A stretch of 64,000 nt of DNA from Magallana gigas (GCF_963853765.1 NC_088859.1:2294001-2358000); one strand, 5' to 3'; shown: positions 37,987-51,420, numbered from the stretch's first letter. The notes: generated by a model from the letters alone, not told the origin. Made by a program: numbers and translations.

Positions 37987-40900
37987 GGCGAAAGCGCGAA
38001 GATTCGAAGGCGAGAGTGCGAAGTTGCAAAGGCGAAGAAGCGGTAGTAGTATCACTTCTTCGCCTTCGCAACTTAGCACTTTCGTCTTCGCGCTTCGCCG
38101 TCGCATCTTCTATATGCTTCATATTGTACTTGCATTGATGATTTCCGCAACACAAACTGCTGGGTATACAAGTGCATCACTCAGAATTAATGATGAAGCC
38201 AAAATTATGAAAAGTTTACTCCACTGTTAGGCATTATAACCAAGCTGAATTTACAGCCATTACGCCAGTAGAGGTTAACGGCTAATAAGGAAAATCGTCA
38301 AAGTACTGAGAGTACTCGTACAGAAAATATTTTTTACTTTATCCTTGGCATACTTTAGTAAGTTTAGTTAATGCCACGATGATTAATGCATCAATAGTTT
38401 GTATGAGCATTAGTAACGTTGGATACAATAAAGATCGTGTGATCAAAATCAAGCGGGATATAAACCCCTAACATGGGTCCTAACCTCTTATCAACGCTTT
38501 TAGAAACAATCTTTTCTTATTATAATCGATCAGAGTTTATTATCTATTAAGATTTATTATAGTCAGGTACTCTTCACAAATTTGCTCTAAAAGAATAAAG
38601 TCTATCCATGATCACAAATACAACATTACAACAAATGATGTTCATGTATTACGTAGAAGAAAACAAAACTAACGCAGACTGCTTTAAAAAAAAAAAAACT
38701 TTCCCCAAGAACTGTAAATAAGAAGTATTCATATTTCTACGTTACCTGCCCCCATAGTCTTTTTCCATAAAGATACATACATGTATCATTCTTCTATTGA
38801 CAATTCATTCACCAATGAAATAAATATTGCTTATATTATTACAACAATTATTCTTTCATAATTATTGTTCGTTAATTATCACACAATATCCTCATTGTGT
38901 ATGAATTTTTCTTTATATGCGTCATTTCCCGCCGTTTGTCGACAAGAGAAGTAACGTAACTGTTAACAATCAATTTGTGACAATGTAAGAGTGTTTACGT
39001 GTGTTTGCTACGGATAGGAAAAACTAAATACAGCAATTTATTTACAAGATCGGTGTTTATAACTTCAAAATCAGTTGAACAGAGTGAAAAATAAAGTAAC
39101 TTCAAAGTCATATCTCGGATACGGAGTAACCAATTTCTATTCATGTTTACGGGGGGGGGGGGGGGGGGGGGTCATTTTTCTTCATGTTTCACATGAAGAA
39201 AAATAACCCCTGGGTCTTTTTTCTTCAGAAAAATCCAATTATTCTTCAGCTAGGGGGGTCATTATTCTACGTAGAAAAATGACCCCCGGTCATTATTCTA
39301 CGGGGGTCATTATACTTCATTACACTGGCGCTGCGCGCCGGCGAGCTGCGCTCGCTATAAAGGAATCTTACATTTGAGCGTGTGCATCAGTACATGTATA
39401 ATATAGAACTGCATTATTTGACCATTAAGAAACATACATTTAAACTTTATACTTTTCTCATTTTCATTTCTATGATTATTTTCTTAATATTACAACGTGA
39501 CCTCGAACAATCTTTTACTGTGCTAGAGCTATTGTTTACTAAACGTTATTTAGAATGGGCAAGATCATTATGTTTATTTGTTGTTATCCGAGGAGTCCTA
39601 AACGTTTTCCAAAATAAATTTAGATCTATTACATAAAATTTTTGATAAACAACGTTTTACCTGAAAGGAAGCAAAGGCGCAGAATTTTAAAAGAAAAGCC
39701 CCCTATGATTCGAACACCCTCTCAGCCGTGAGATACTGTCTATAGACCCCGCCTTTTTTTAAATTTATGTTTTATTTATAGACCTCCGCCTATCACACTG
39801 AGCTAAGTTGACACATACCAATCGTTGTGAAGTAGTTTGACGATTATAAATAAATTTTTAACGTTTTTGTGAAAAATAAAAAATTTGACCCATAATGGGT
39901 CAAGACTCCACTTTAAAAAATCAATAATAAAAAAGATTGAAAACTTATCCTTTTAACATAAGTACTTTTAAGATAGAGTCTAGACCCATTCGTACCAAAA
40001 TATTGCAATTTATCACAGTAATTGGTCAAGATTAAGGCATAAAACGTCGTGTGGCTTAATTTGGAAATCTACTTCTTGAGTTGATAGAATGAAAACACGT
40101 TATTAACGTGTATCGCGAAATTCATAGTGCATGTATTATCAATGTATACAAGCCAAGAAAACATATTTTATTAACATTCGAAGTAGTTTTTTTTTATTGC
40201 TTCAAGTGGGGGATATGGAAGGCCTTGTACGCCCCTGTCCGGTAGATTTTAATTAGTTTTACCAAGCTTGATTGATAGTTGGAGAGGATTAATAAAAATT
40301 ATAAATAATTCAGGTAAATTTTAGAGGATCTAGACATTAGATTTTTCATCGGTGTATTCCCGTTTTACTCTAGTTTGTGTATCAAAATAAATATTGATAA
40401 TTTGTGGTAAAAACCCGGAAGAGCTGGAAATTTTAAGAATTGTCGAAAAAATGTATACTGCGGAGAGTCGATATCCAGAAAATAAGCTTGTTAACATACA
40501 TGCATAGAGACTTTTATCTTCTGCTAGTTGTACATCTATCCATTAAAGAATTTCAATATTAAGTCTGATAATTGCCAAGTTTGAACTACCCTAAAATTTT
40601 CAATCTAACAGGAACATCTCTGCTGCATTGGCGAGAAAAAAGTTTATTTATCCGACTAAGACATTTTCAGACGTGCGCTTTTTTAATGGTTTGAGTCCAA
40701 TGTGTCTTGACATTTGAGTTTTTTTCTTCAAACATTGGCATAAAAAGCGCATATCTATAAAAAAATTATCGTTAATATCAGAACAATCGCCTTCAGTCTT
40801 TAAACCATTTGATGAAAGATGCAGTCTTCCACTTGTTTTTACTGGACTGTATAGTGCAGACGAAAGTGAATGATAAACAAGAGAAATCCAAGTTTGCATT

Positions 40901-41140
40901 TTTCCTAAAGATAAAATTATTTGTTATCTTAGAGTATTTAGAATTTCAGAAAGAACGACGAAAAGAAAAAAAAACAAACCAAAATTACCCCTGACTCACG
41001 ACAGAGTGCACAGGATCGTTCCCCATTAATTATCAGTTTATCTAAGACGGACAGATCCGCATTCCTTTCGTCTAACGACACCCAAGACCAGTACCCCAGG
41101 GGGTAACCAGGGTACCTTGATGACAAGGAAGAGAAAGTTG

Positions 41141-41147
41141 TATAAAA
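41141..41147 (+). promoter_or_regulatory. TATA box of LPMO copy 1
   Basis: TATAAAA ~50 nt upstream of the ATG, conserved in copy 2. Confidence 0.6.
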
Positions 41148-41196
41148 GAGAGAGGTAGACATCTGTGGAGTTATAACCAGACCAGACTCTATGACA

Positions 41197-42966
41197 ATGG
41201 AGACCATCAGTGTATTGTTTGCCCTGACTGTTGCCGGTGGGTTGGTGTCCCTTGCTGAGGCCCACGGACGCCTGATCCTACCCCCCTCTAGAAGCTCCAT
41301 GTGGCGGTTCGGGTTCCCCACCCCTAAGAATTACCAAGACATGCAGTTGTGGTGCGGCGGCACATGGGTGAGTTCTTTATAAAATGTTCATTTACCGGTA
41401 ATCTGTCCACTGTTTTATTGAGATAAGTAATTAAGGTTAAAAAGTTCGTAATGTAAAATATTTACAATATTTATTTGGATAATCAATTTGAATTTTTTTC
41501 AAATTGAAATTTGAAAGAAAATAACTTTTTAACGTTTTAGGACAATTTTCCGTTTAAAAGCTTTAAAAGCTCTTACGAAAAATCATACACTAGTACTTTG
41601 ATAGATTCTAAACAAATTTAGAAATAATAAACATAATATACAAAACAAAAAATAAGACAAATTGGTTGGCTTTTGTTACGAGTCTACTGGAATTAGCAAT
41701 TAAAAGTGAAATGTTTCAATTCAAGGCAAGTTTTTTTGCATCTATTTGAAAATACTACACAAAATTATTGGCATAAACAAATGTTGGTTCAGTTTTTCAT
41801 TAATTTTTTTTTTTTTTTTTGGGGGGGGGGGGGTAATTGCGAGACGACACAGTTACATGGTTGTATGTGGCATGCGTTAAAATACAAGTGTAGCAAAAGA
41901 ATATCTTTTTGTCCACAGAACCAGTGGGGTCTGAACGGAGGACGATGTGGTGTATGTGGAGACCCGTACCAACAGAATCCCCGCGAGAACGAGGCTGGCG
42001 GGAAATACGCCACCGGCATCATATCCCGATGCTACCGGTATTTTCCCGCCGGACAGATAATTGCCGTGCAGGTGGACCTCACGGTGAACCACTTTGGCTA
42101 CTTTGAGTTTCGACTGTGTGAGCACAACGATACCTCCACCCCTATAACCCAAGCCTGCCTGGACGCCAACCTCCTCCAGTTCGCGGATGGCAGCACGCGA
42201 CATTACGTGAGAGAGCGGGACTACGGGGTAATGACGTTAAACCTCCGTATACCACCCACAGTGGTGTGTACTCAGTGTGTACTGCAGTGGAAGTACCATA
42301 CAGGTATAACTTAAATGCATATTAATGTTTTATATCCAAATAAGGACAAGTTTACAGATAAAATTCTATATACTGACGCTGCAAACAATATTTTATTCGT
42401 GTACGAGAAAAAAAAGCCGTAAACCTGTTTTTCTGTAGTTTGTAATTTGTTTCAGACTTCGTCCCGAAAATAATTCACTGCAAACATGTTAATCACGCGT
42501 TCTTCCCAATTAAAGTCGATGTCTGAGAGCATTACCCCCCTCCCAGAGTTCTAAACCCTGTCTCTTTCGCACGTTAGAATAATAGATTATTGTTCTGTAA
42601 ATCACATATATACTAACTACGTCCGATCCGCAACTACAAATTCAAGTGTGATCTTCAGGTGTACTATTCATACTACTATAAAGGTGTAATTGTTCAATTG
42701 CAATACACTAATACCAACTCTATCACTACGTCTTCAGAGGAAGCAATGAACTCACCCACCTTTTTACAGTTTAGTTATCACTCTATCGACATAGTTGGAG
42801 TTAATCTCACACTTGACTTTGTTGTTTTGTAGGTAACAGCTGGGGTAGAGACGAGGGTGGGGAAGGCATTGGTCACGGTCCCCAGGAGGAATTCTACGGC
42901 TGTTCAGACATCGCCATCCTACCAAACTGTGATGACGTCACAGGAAAAGCAGCCACTCCCCACTAA
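41197..42966 (+). CDS. Secreted lytic polysaccharide monooxygenase (AA15-type, chitin-binding type-4/LPMO_10 domain), copy 1; 229 aa
   Basis: Exons 41197-41367, 41919-42303, 42833-42966 (690 nt). Signal peptide ..VSLAEA|HGRLILPPSRSSMWRFGF puts His at mature position 1; second His in LTVNHFGYFEFRLC; CGVCGDP, CTQCVLQWKYHTGNSWG, GPQEEFYGCSDI. An upstream in-frame ATG at 41191 is absent from copy 2. Confidence 0.93.
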
Positions 42967-44589
42967 GGCCCTTTCAGGGACGACGCAAGCCAAGACATAG
43001 TATCTGTAAACTATGATCACTTTGTTGCTGGAATTGGTTACAGGATGGTCCAAATGAATGCAAAGGTTTAAGTGGAGTTTTACAGCATGCGCAGACATCA
43101 TCTTCTTTAACAGAGGGAAAGACAGTGCAAGCAAAGTCAAGTTGTGTTGTCCTATGTATATATTGCAGTATATTTGTGCTTTTGCACTTTGAATTAATCA
43201 ATTTTGAAAGCTTTCTTCCTGTATTTCAATCTGCTTCGATTGATCTTATTGATAATTAATATCCCTAAGAGAAACTGCCTTTATAATTTTGTTCACATAT
43301 GATGATTGTTGAAAGTTGAACTTTCTTGAACAATTAATAAAAATTGAAAATTGTCTACTTTTGTATTGTGCAATAGCTTTTAATCACATGAAAATGAGAT
43401 ACAAACTAATTATTATCAGAATAAAGTGATTTTTTAATTATTTATTCTAATCTTTAATAACGCGATCTGCATCTTTCCTTTATTTCTTAATCATTATTGA
43501 GCATAAATGTGAACTATACTAGTTTGCATGAAGAAAAGCATGTCAACCAGTCTACTCAAAAGCTAAAGAGAGTGTGTGACCAGACAGTTTTACGAGACGG
43601 CTATTGTTGGCTTTTGGATAAAACAATGGTTCGATGGCTCCCAATAAAGAATAAATGCGCGTGAATGGTGCTCATTCAGAGCGGGAGTAGGTGTGTAAGG
43701 GGAGACATCTTCTCCTCTCCGACTGTTATAGCATAAGTATATCAAGGTATTTCATGGGGAAATTGATTTTATAAGGAAATACATGATTAAATCGGTTCGA
43801 AAAAAGACTAAGAAACACATAATTAATTCAACAGCACTTGTTTCTGTATTAGGCGTATTCTAATGCGTAGCTAACTTTGGTAAAAAAAAAAGAGAACTTC
43901 ATCATAGAAAAAACTATCTGTGTTCAATAGGTTTACAAGCACTCAATAGTGTATGGACAATTTCAAAAACTGGAATGATAAAGAATAAATATACGACTGC
44001 ATGGCAGTTTAAATGACCTGATCAGAAGAGATGAATCAAAACAATTCTATATTAATAATGTTAAGCTTGTCGCTATAATTACTATAGTGCACATACATGT
44101 ACTGAAGAATGATTGTATTTTTTTAACTTCACGTCGAGATTCTTTCAAGCCTTCCAGTTGTGACCCATGACCGGTGCTAGAGGTCATTGGACAGTAGGGG
44201 ATATTTGTCGTACCCATACGAGAACATAAACTTTTTTTCTGGAATATTGGAGAAAATTGACAAACTTGTTTCCACAAGAAGTATTCCTACCCAGACAATG
44301 ACAGCTGATAGTTGACACGACATTTCTGAAAAGTATGGCAAATGATACATAAATTTTTATTTAAAAGTTACACGTAGATCAATTTATTTTCTTGAGCCAA
44401 ATTTGAACATCTTGTTTCGTGGTTGCTGAATTGGGAATAAACTTTGAAATGTGTGCATGACCTTAAGTTTGTAGTTTACACTGACCGAAAGTTTTTTGAT
44501 CAATTTTTCCTTTGATATGTTGATCAAAAGAAGAAAAAAATCCGGAAAAAATTGACAATTTATTACCTGAAATTGAACAGTTAATGCTT

Positions 44590-46110
44590 AGGGGGTCTTT
44601 TAGTATTCCAGACACATCTGTTGATTTTGTTAAGAAAAATGTACAATGTATATACAATATACAAGCAATGTCTAACTCAGAGGCTACTGGTTTGGATGAC
44701 ATTTCTGTAAAATAGATGAAATTGAGTGTAGATGTGATTGCTGAAAGTTTGACTGTTTTTTTAACTATATCTTTGAAAAGATGTGGGGTTGTATATGAAT
44801 GGAAAAAGCGAGAGTTACTCCTCTTTTTAAATCAGGTGAAAATTTCATTGTAATCAATTATCGACCTATGTCAGTTTTACCAATTGTCAGCAAAATAATA
44901 GAAAAACATGTTTTAATTCCTTTTATCTGAATAAACTTTAACTGAACACCAATCTGGTTTTAGACCTACGAAAGTGTATTGTCTGATGGAAAAGATGTTA
45001 CAATTGGTGTTCCGCAAGGATCTATTTTGGGGCCTTTGTTTTTTTTTATATTATTTGTAAATGACTATCCAAAGTGTCTTAAACATTCAAATGTAAAATA
45101 TTTATGCAGACGTTACAACTCAAGATGTTTCCCATAAATGTATTGATATTATTGAACAAAAGTTGTATGAAGATCTTTTATATTCTGTAAATTGGATGAA
45201 CAGTAACAAGTTGACTTTAAACTTCGAGAAAACTCAGTGTATGTTTATTGGTACAAAACAAAAACTATCGAAATATAGAAAGTTGTATATCAAAGTTGGT
45301 GATGTTGTTTTAAATACTGTATAAAAGGCTACACATCTTGGTGTTACCATAGATGAATCGCTTACTTGGTCGGAGCACATTGAATTTTTAAGCAAAAACT
45401 CAAAAGTAGGTATTTTATATCGCCTTGATGTTTTTATGTCAAATGCGGCTTTATTAAAGATTTATAAGATTGTTATTTTCCTACATTTTAAGTACTGTTG
45501 TACAGTCTGGTGTTCAGCCAAAAACAATGGCCAAATTAAGAAAAAAATTAAATACAGAAAAGGACAGATAGAAATATACTAAATGTGAAAACCACTCAAC
45601 TTTCCTCTGTTGATATTTTTAGAGTTCTACAATGGATGCCTATTCAGGATAATTTATTTTCAAAAACTTTTGTTAGCTTTTAAAATTTAAAAGGGCATGA
45701 CCACAGAATACATGATTGTTTTTAGATATGTAAACCAAGTAAGTTCTAGAGAAACAGAAAGCTGTGTAAGTTGATTGTTATATGTACCAAGATCAAGAAC
45801 TTAATATTAGAAGTACTCTTTTAGATTATTATCAGCTATCTAATGGAATCAATTGCCAGATTGTGTTCGAACATGTAACAGCGCGGCTTCTTTTAAAACA
45901 AAGTATTTACAACAATATTATCTAGAAAAGAAAATGTTATAGATTATGATATCAAATCAGTGCATTTTTATTTATTAATGAGTTTGTATATTTCATCTAC
46001 ACCATTTATCTTTGTGTCTTATATTTATTGTTGTACATATGTTTTTTACAGGACCACAATGTAAATTAATACATTGTTACTGAATATGCTATTCTGCCTA
46101 AATAAAAGAC
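44590..46110 (+). mobile_element. Decayed non-LTR retrotransposon (CR1/L2-like) reverse transcriptase remnant
   Basis: Frameshifted translation gives ATGLDDIS, WKKARVTPLFK, NYRPMSVLPIVSKIIEK, GVPQGSILGP (45006), YADVT (45103), LGVTIDESLTWSEHI, YCCTVW, WNQLP; AATAAA at 46101. Many stops and indels. Confidence 0.85.
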
Positions 46111-46738
46111 TCTATCAATATTATAAAAAATTTAAAATCTCTTAAAAAAATATGCGTAGCTACAATTGGTTAATTTAATTCGGAAAAAGACTTAAAAGCA
46201 TCGACATATTGCCAGAAGGCTTCAGATATTATGACTAAGTATCAATGCAAATCAATTTAAAATATAACAGATCACAAACTTTAAAGTTTCACGGAAGTGT
46301 TGATATTTCATCCTGGATATAGGTTTAGTTTTCATTAATGATGAGAAAAAACTGAACATTTTGTTGTTAAGAAATCGCAACTTCAGATAAAGTTTCACAA
46401 AGCCCTGCAATATGAAAGACGTTGTCAGTATATGCACAGTCAACACAATGGTCACATTGCTTGACAAGAATATTGTGAGAGGACTTGTGCGGTACCACCA
46501 TTATTCATTGAACACTCATTTAATTTGATTTTTTTGCTTGGTCAATCCACAAAATGTGACACAAACTATTGTTTAGTCATTCAAGATTTCTAAACCCCCT
46601 AAATTTCATTAAATCAATGGAAATTAATGTCCACGAAACCACGGTATTACATTTTGTTACATATTTGGTGATTAAAGAAAACAATTCATTGGAGACTGTT
46701 TGATATAAGTGATATATAAAAATATATCATCTCCGATA

Positions 46739-46912
46739 CATATACCCAATACCTACAAAAAAATATCATCTCCATTACATAAACTGAATACATGATATAT
46801 ACTAGTACAAAGAAACAACCATTACATAAACTAAACCTCTTGACATACAACGACATTGAGCATAATCTTCACAACATAATACCAGCATTCCATTTACTTC
46901 CTATTCCTTCTA
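46739..46912 (-). pseudogene. Remnant of ependymin paralogue B: intron 4 plus the first ~14 nt of exon 5
   Basis: 46739-46770 catatacccaatacctacaaaa matches 54629-54650 catataccccatacctgcaaaa; 46861-46912 is nearly identical to 54831-54882. The rest of exon 5 is absent. Confidence 0.65.
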
Positions 46913-47975
46913 CCGATATACAATTGTTCTAAAATTGACTTTTTATCTATGAATATTAGAAGTAGTTAAAAGACTCAAAGCTAAAAAGACCAATCAGGTG
47001 TTTTTATAAAGACTTTACCGGAGTAAAATTTAGATTTTAATCTTTCAATTGTAGATTGATCTCAGTTTTACCAAGCTTGATTGATAGTTTGGGAGGAACA
47101 ATAAAACTACAATAAATTTAGGTAAATTTGAGAGGATCTAAACATTATCTATTTCATCGGTATGTACCCGTTTTGTTCTATTTTGTGAATCGAAAAAATA
47201 ATGATAATTTTTAGGTAAAAACCATGAAGAGCTGTAAATTTTCAGAGTTGTCAAAAGATGCATATTGCGGATAGGTGATAACCAGATAAAAAGCTTGTTA
47301 ATATGCATGCATACATATATATTTTGTTGTTAGTTCTACAACTATTCTTTAAGCAAAGTATTTCAAGAATGCCTAGTTTGAACTACCTTAACATTTTGAA
47401 TTTAACAAGAATGTCTTTATTGCAATGGTGAAAAAAGTTTTAAATATGCACTAAGAAAATTTCGGGCGTGCTTTGTTTTTTTATGATTTGAGTCCATTGT
47501 GTCTGACATTGGAATTCTTTTCTTCAAACATTGAATAAAAAAGCGCATATCTAAAAAAAACAGATTATCGTTAAACTGATGTGTTTAAGAGCTTGTGTTT
47601 CAGAACAATACCTTCAGTCTTTCAACATTTTGTTAAAAGATGGCCTTGCATGTACTTGTTTACCTATACTGGACTGTATAGTGCAGACGAAAGTGAATGA
47701 TAAACAGGAGAAATCCAAGTTTGCATTTTTTCCCAAAGATAAAATTATTTGTTATCTTAGAGTATGTAGAATTTCAGAAAGAACGACGAAAACCCCCAGA
47801 ATAAAAACCAGAAATGTTCCCGATCTGACTCACGACAGAGTGCAAAGGATCGTTCCCCCATTAATTATCAGTTTGTCTTAGACGGACAGATCCGCATTCC
47901 TTTCGTCTAACGACATCCAAGACCAGTACCCCAGGGGGTAACCAGGGTACCTTGATGACAAGGAAGAGAAAGTTG

Positions 47976-47982
47976 TATAAAA
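47976..47982 (+). promoter_or_regulatory. TATA box of LPMO copy 2
   Basis: TATAAAA ~50 nt upstream of ATG 48032. Confidence 0.6.
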
Positions 47983-48031
47983 GAGAGAGGTAGATATCTG
48001 TGGAGTTATAACCAGACCAGACTCTCTGACG

Positions 48032-49809
48032 ATGGAGACCATCAGTGTATTGTTTGCCCTGACTGTTGCCGGTGGGTTGGTGTCCCTTGCTGAGGCCCAC
48101 GGACGCCTGATCCTACCCCCCTCTAGAAGCTCCATGTGGCGGTTCGGGTTCCCCACCCCAAAGAATTACCAAGATATGCAGTTGTGGTGCGGCGGCTCAT
48201 GGGTGAGTTCTTTATAACGATAAAAATATTCATTTACTGGTAATCTGTCCAGTGTTTTATTGAGATTAGTAATCTAGGTTAAAAAGTTCGTAATGTAAAA
48301 TATTTACAAGGTTTATTTGCATAATCAATTTGAAATATTTTCAAATTGGAATTTGAAAGAAAATAACTTTTTTAAGTTTTAGGACAATATTCCGTTTCAA
48401 AGCTTTAAAAGCTCTTACGGAAAATCATACACTAGTACATAGATAGATTATAAACAAACTTAAAAATAATGAACCAAAAATACGAAAACAAAAAATATGA
48501 CACAAATTGGTTGGCTTTTAATTTGTTTCGAGTCTACTGGAATTGGCAATTAAAAGTGAAATGTTTCAATTCAAGGAAATTTTTTTTGGCATCTATTTGA
48601 AAATACTACAGAAAATTATTGGCATAAAAAAATCTTGGTTCAGTTTTTCATTAATTTTTTTTTGGGGGGGGGGATTGCAAGACGACACAGTTACATGGTT
48701 GTATATGGCAAGAGTTATTATACAAGTTTAGCAAAGGATTTTTCTTTTGGTCCACAGAACCAGTGGGGTCTTAATGGAGGACGATGTGGTGTATGTGGAG
48801 ACCCGTACCAACAGAATCCCCGCGAGAACGAGGCTGGCGGGAAATACGCCACCGGCATCATATCCCGATGCTACCGGTATTTTCCCACCGGACAGATAAT
48901 TGCCGTGCAGGTGGACCTCACGGTGAACCACCTTGGCTACTTTGAGTTCCGACTGTGTGAGCACAACGACACCTCCACCCCAACATCACAAGCCTGCCTG
49001 GACGCCAACCTCCTTCAGTTCGCGGACGGCAGCACGCGACATTACGTGAGAGAGCGGGACTACGGGGTGATGACGTTAAACCTCCGTATACCACCCACAG
49101 TGGTGTGTACTCAGTGTGTACTGCAGTGGAAGTACCATACAGGTATAAATGTATATTATGTTTTATATCCAAATAAGGACCAGTTTACAGATGAAATGCT
49201 ATATATATATTGACGCTGCAAACAATCGTTTATTTGTGTACGAGAAAAAATCGCCGTAAACCTGTTTTTCTGTAGTTTGTAATTTGTTTCAGACTTCGTC
49301 CCGAAATTAATTCACTGCAAACATGTTAATCACGCGTTCTTCCCAATTAAAGTCGATGTCTGAGAGCATTACCCCCCTTCCAGTGTTCTAAACCCTGTCT
49401 CTTTTGCACATTTGAATAATAGATTATGGTTTGATCTGTTATTATCACATATGTACTAAGTACGTCCCATCCTCAATTAAAAATTCAAGTGTGATCTTAA
49501 GGTGCAATATTCATCCTACTATAAAGGTGTAATTGTTCAATTGCAATACACTAATACCAACTCTATCACTACGTCTTCAGAGGAAGCAATGAACTCACCC
49601 ACCTTTTTACAGTTTAGTTATCACTCTATCGACATAGCTGGAGTTAATCTCACACTTGACTTTGTTATTTTGTAGGTAACAGCTGGGGTAGAGACAAGGG
49701 TGGGGAAGGCATTGGTCACGGTCCCCAGGAGGAATTCTACGGCTGTTCAGACATCGCCATCCTACCAAACTGTGATGACGTCACAGGAAAAGCAGCCACT
49801 CCCCACTAA
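48032..49809 (+). CDS. Secreted AA15-type LPMO, copy 2; 229 aa
   Basis: Exons 48032-48202, 48758-49142, 49676-49809. Same structure as copy 1; 6 amino-acid differences counted (GGT/SW, FPA/TG, NHF/LG, PI/T, T/SQ, RDE/KG). Confidence 0.93.
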
Positions 49810-51420
49810 GGCCCTTTCAGGGACGACGCAAGCCAAGACATAGTATCTGTAAACTATGATCACTTTGTTGCTGGAATTGGTTACAGGATGGTCCCAATGA
49901 AGGCAAACATTTGAGTGGAGTTTTATAGCATGCGCAGACACCATCTCTTTTAAGAGGGAAAGAAAGTGCAATCAAATTCAAGTTATTCTGTCCTATGTAT
50001 ATAACGGTATTGCTGTATATTTGTGCTACACACACTTTAAATCAATCAATTTGATAGCTTAAAGGCTTTTCTATATTTCTATAAGCTTAAATTCATCTTT
50101 TTGATAAATAACAGCCTTTAGTGTTTAATTACATACGATAATTGTTGAAAGTTGAACTTCCTTGAGCAATTTATCAAAGTTGAAATCACGGAAACTTGGT
50201 CTTAGCTAAGCATAGTAATCCAAAAGTGTTCTACTTTTGTATCGTGCAATACCTTTTCAATCACATGAAAATGAGATACAAAATACATGCAATTATTATC
50301 AGTATAGTGACTATGTCAATTATTTACTTTTAATCTTTAATAAAGCGATCTGCATCTGTGCATTTCTTTCTATCTCATTATTGTGCAGAAAAAAGAACTG
50401 TACTCCATACAAACGGAGAAAAACGTGCATACCAGTCCACGCAAAAGCTAACGGACGTTTGCGTCCATACAATTTTAAGAGACTGCTATTATGGCTTTTG
50501 AATAAAATAATGGTTCAATGGCTCCCAGCAAAAAATAACTGCGTGTGAATGATGCTTTTTGAGACTGGAAGTAGGTGAGTCAAGGGAGAGATAGTCCCCT
50601 CTCCGACTGTTATAAGCATAAGTATATCCTGGCATTTCTTTGGGGAAATTGAATTCATACGGAAATATATTACCAGATCGGTTCGAATAAAGACAAAAAA
50701 AACATAATTAGAAAAGTTCAATAGCACTTGTTTATGTGTTAAGTGTTCTCTAATGCGTAGTTGACTCTGGTAAAATAAAAACTTCATCACAGAAACACAT
50801 ATCTGTATTCAATAAGTATACTAGCGCTTACACTCAAATTCACTAAGCAGAGGCAGCTGATGTCCCGTCGTTTGATTTTTTCCTGTTTGTCGTATTGATA
50901 AAAATATTATTATTATGTCGCTTTCCAAACAGCAGATTATGGACATATTTGAATTGTCTTTTGTTTCAATGATTATTAATGGATTCTAAACTTTTTACAT
51001 CTAAATTTTAAATGTACGTTACTATCGCCTGTCGGAAGGTAACAAATTGCATGAATTTCTTTTAATAATAAGAATAAACTTTACAAAAAGAGAACCACTA
51101 TTGGATATTCACAAATATGCATCACATTGTCAAGAAGAAATCAAAGTACTGAAGAACTGACGGGAGTTGATTTTATCAATGTTTATTTATTTTAAAATCA
51201 TTGATATTTTATTTTGCATGACAAGTACATGTAGTTTCTAATTTGAATTATGCACATTTTTATAATATGAATTTTTGGACTTTCTCGACACGAATGTCGA
51301 AAAAAACCCCATATGAATCATGTTAAATCATATTAAAAGATAAAATTAGTTCAATCAAACTATGTATCAGTGACAGAAATATTTCTCGAAAATTGTATGG
51401 ATCCAAGCAATATTGAACTC

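Larger units (their letters stand above)
34086..39324. mobile_element. Non-autonomous TIR DNA transposon, Ginger-like (TGT..ACA termini, 4-bp TSD)
   Basis: 72-bp TIR (69/72) tgtaatgaag(a/t)ataatgacccccgtagaataa..; flanks ccgg (34082-34085) and ctgg (39325-39328); empty site ccgg visible in copy A; no transposase ORF seen. Superfamily assignment is inference. Confidence 0.75.
33118..39358. mobile_element. HINE-like copy B, with its terminal hairpin split by a 5.2-kb insertion
   Basis: 33118-34085 closely matches copy A; the remaining end cgctgcgcgccggcgagctgcgctcgcta resumes at 39329. (AG)n at 33318-33371. Confidence 0.7.

Noticed and set aside
40938-42203. Minus-strand ORFs overlapping the LPMO exons (likewise 47861-49172)
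   Set aside because: Antisense shadows of GC-rich coding exons with no recognisable motifs.
44590-46110. Active retrotransposon
   Set aside because: Multiple stops, frameshifts, an internal deletion and YADD decayed to YADV; kept only as a remnant.
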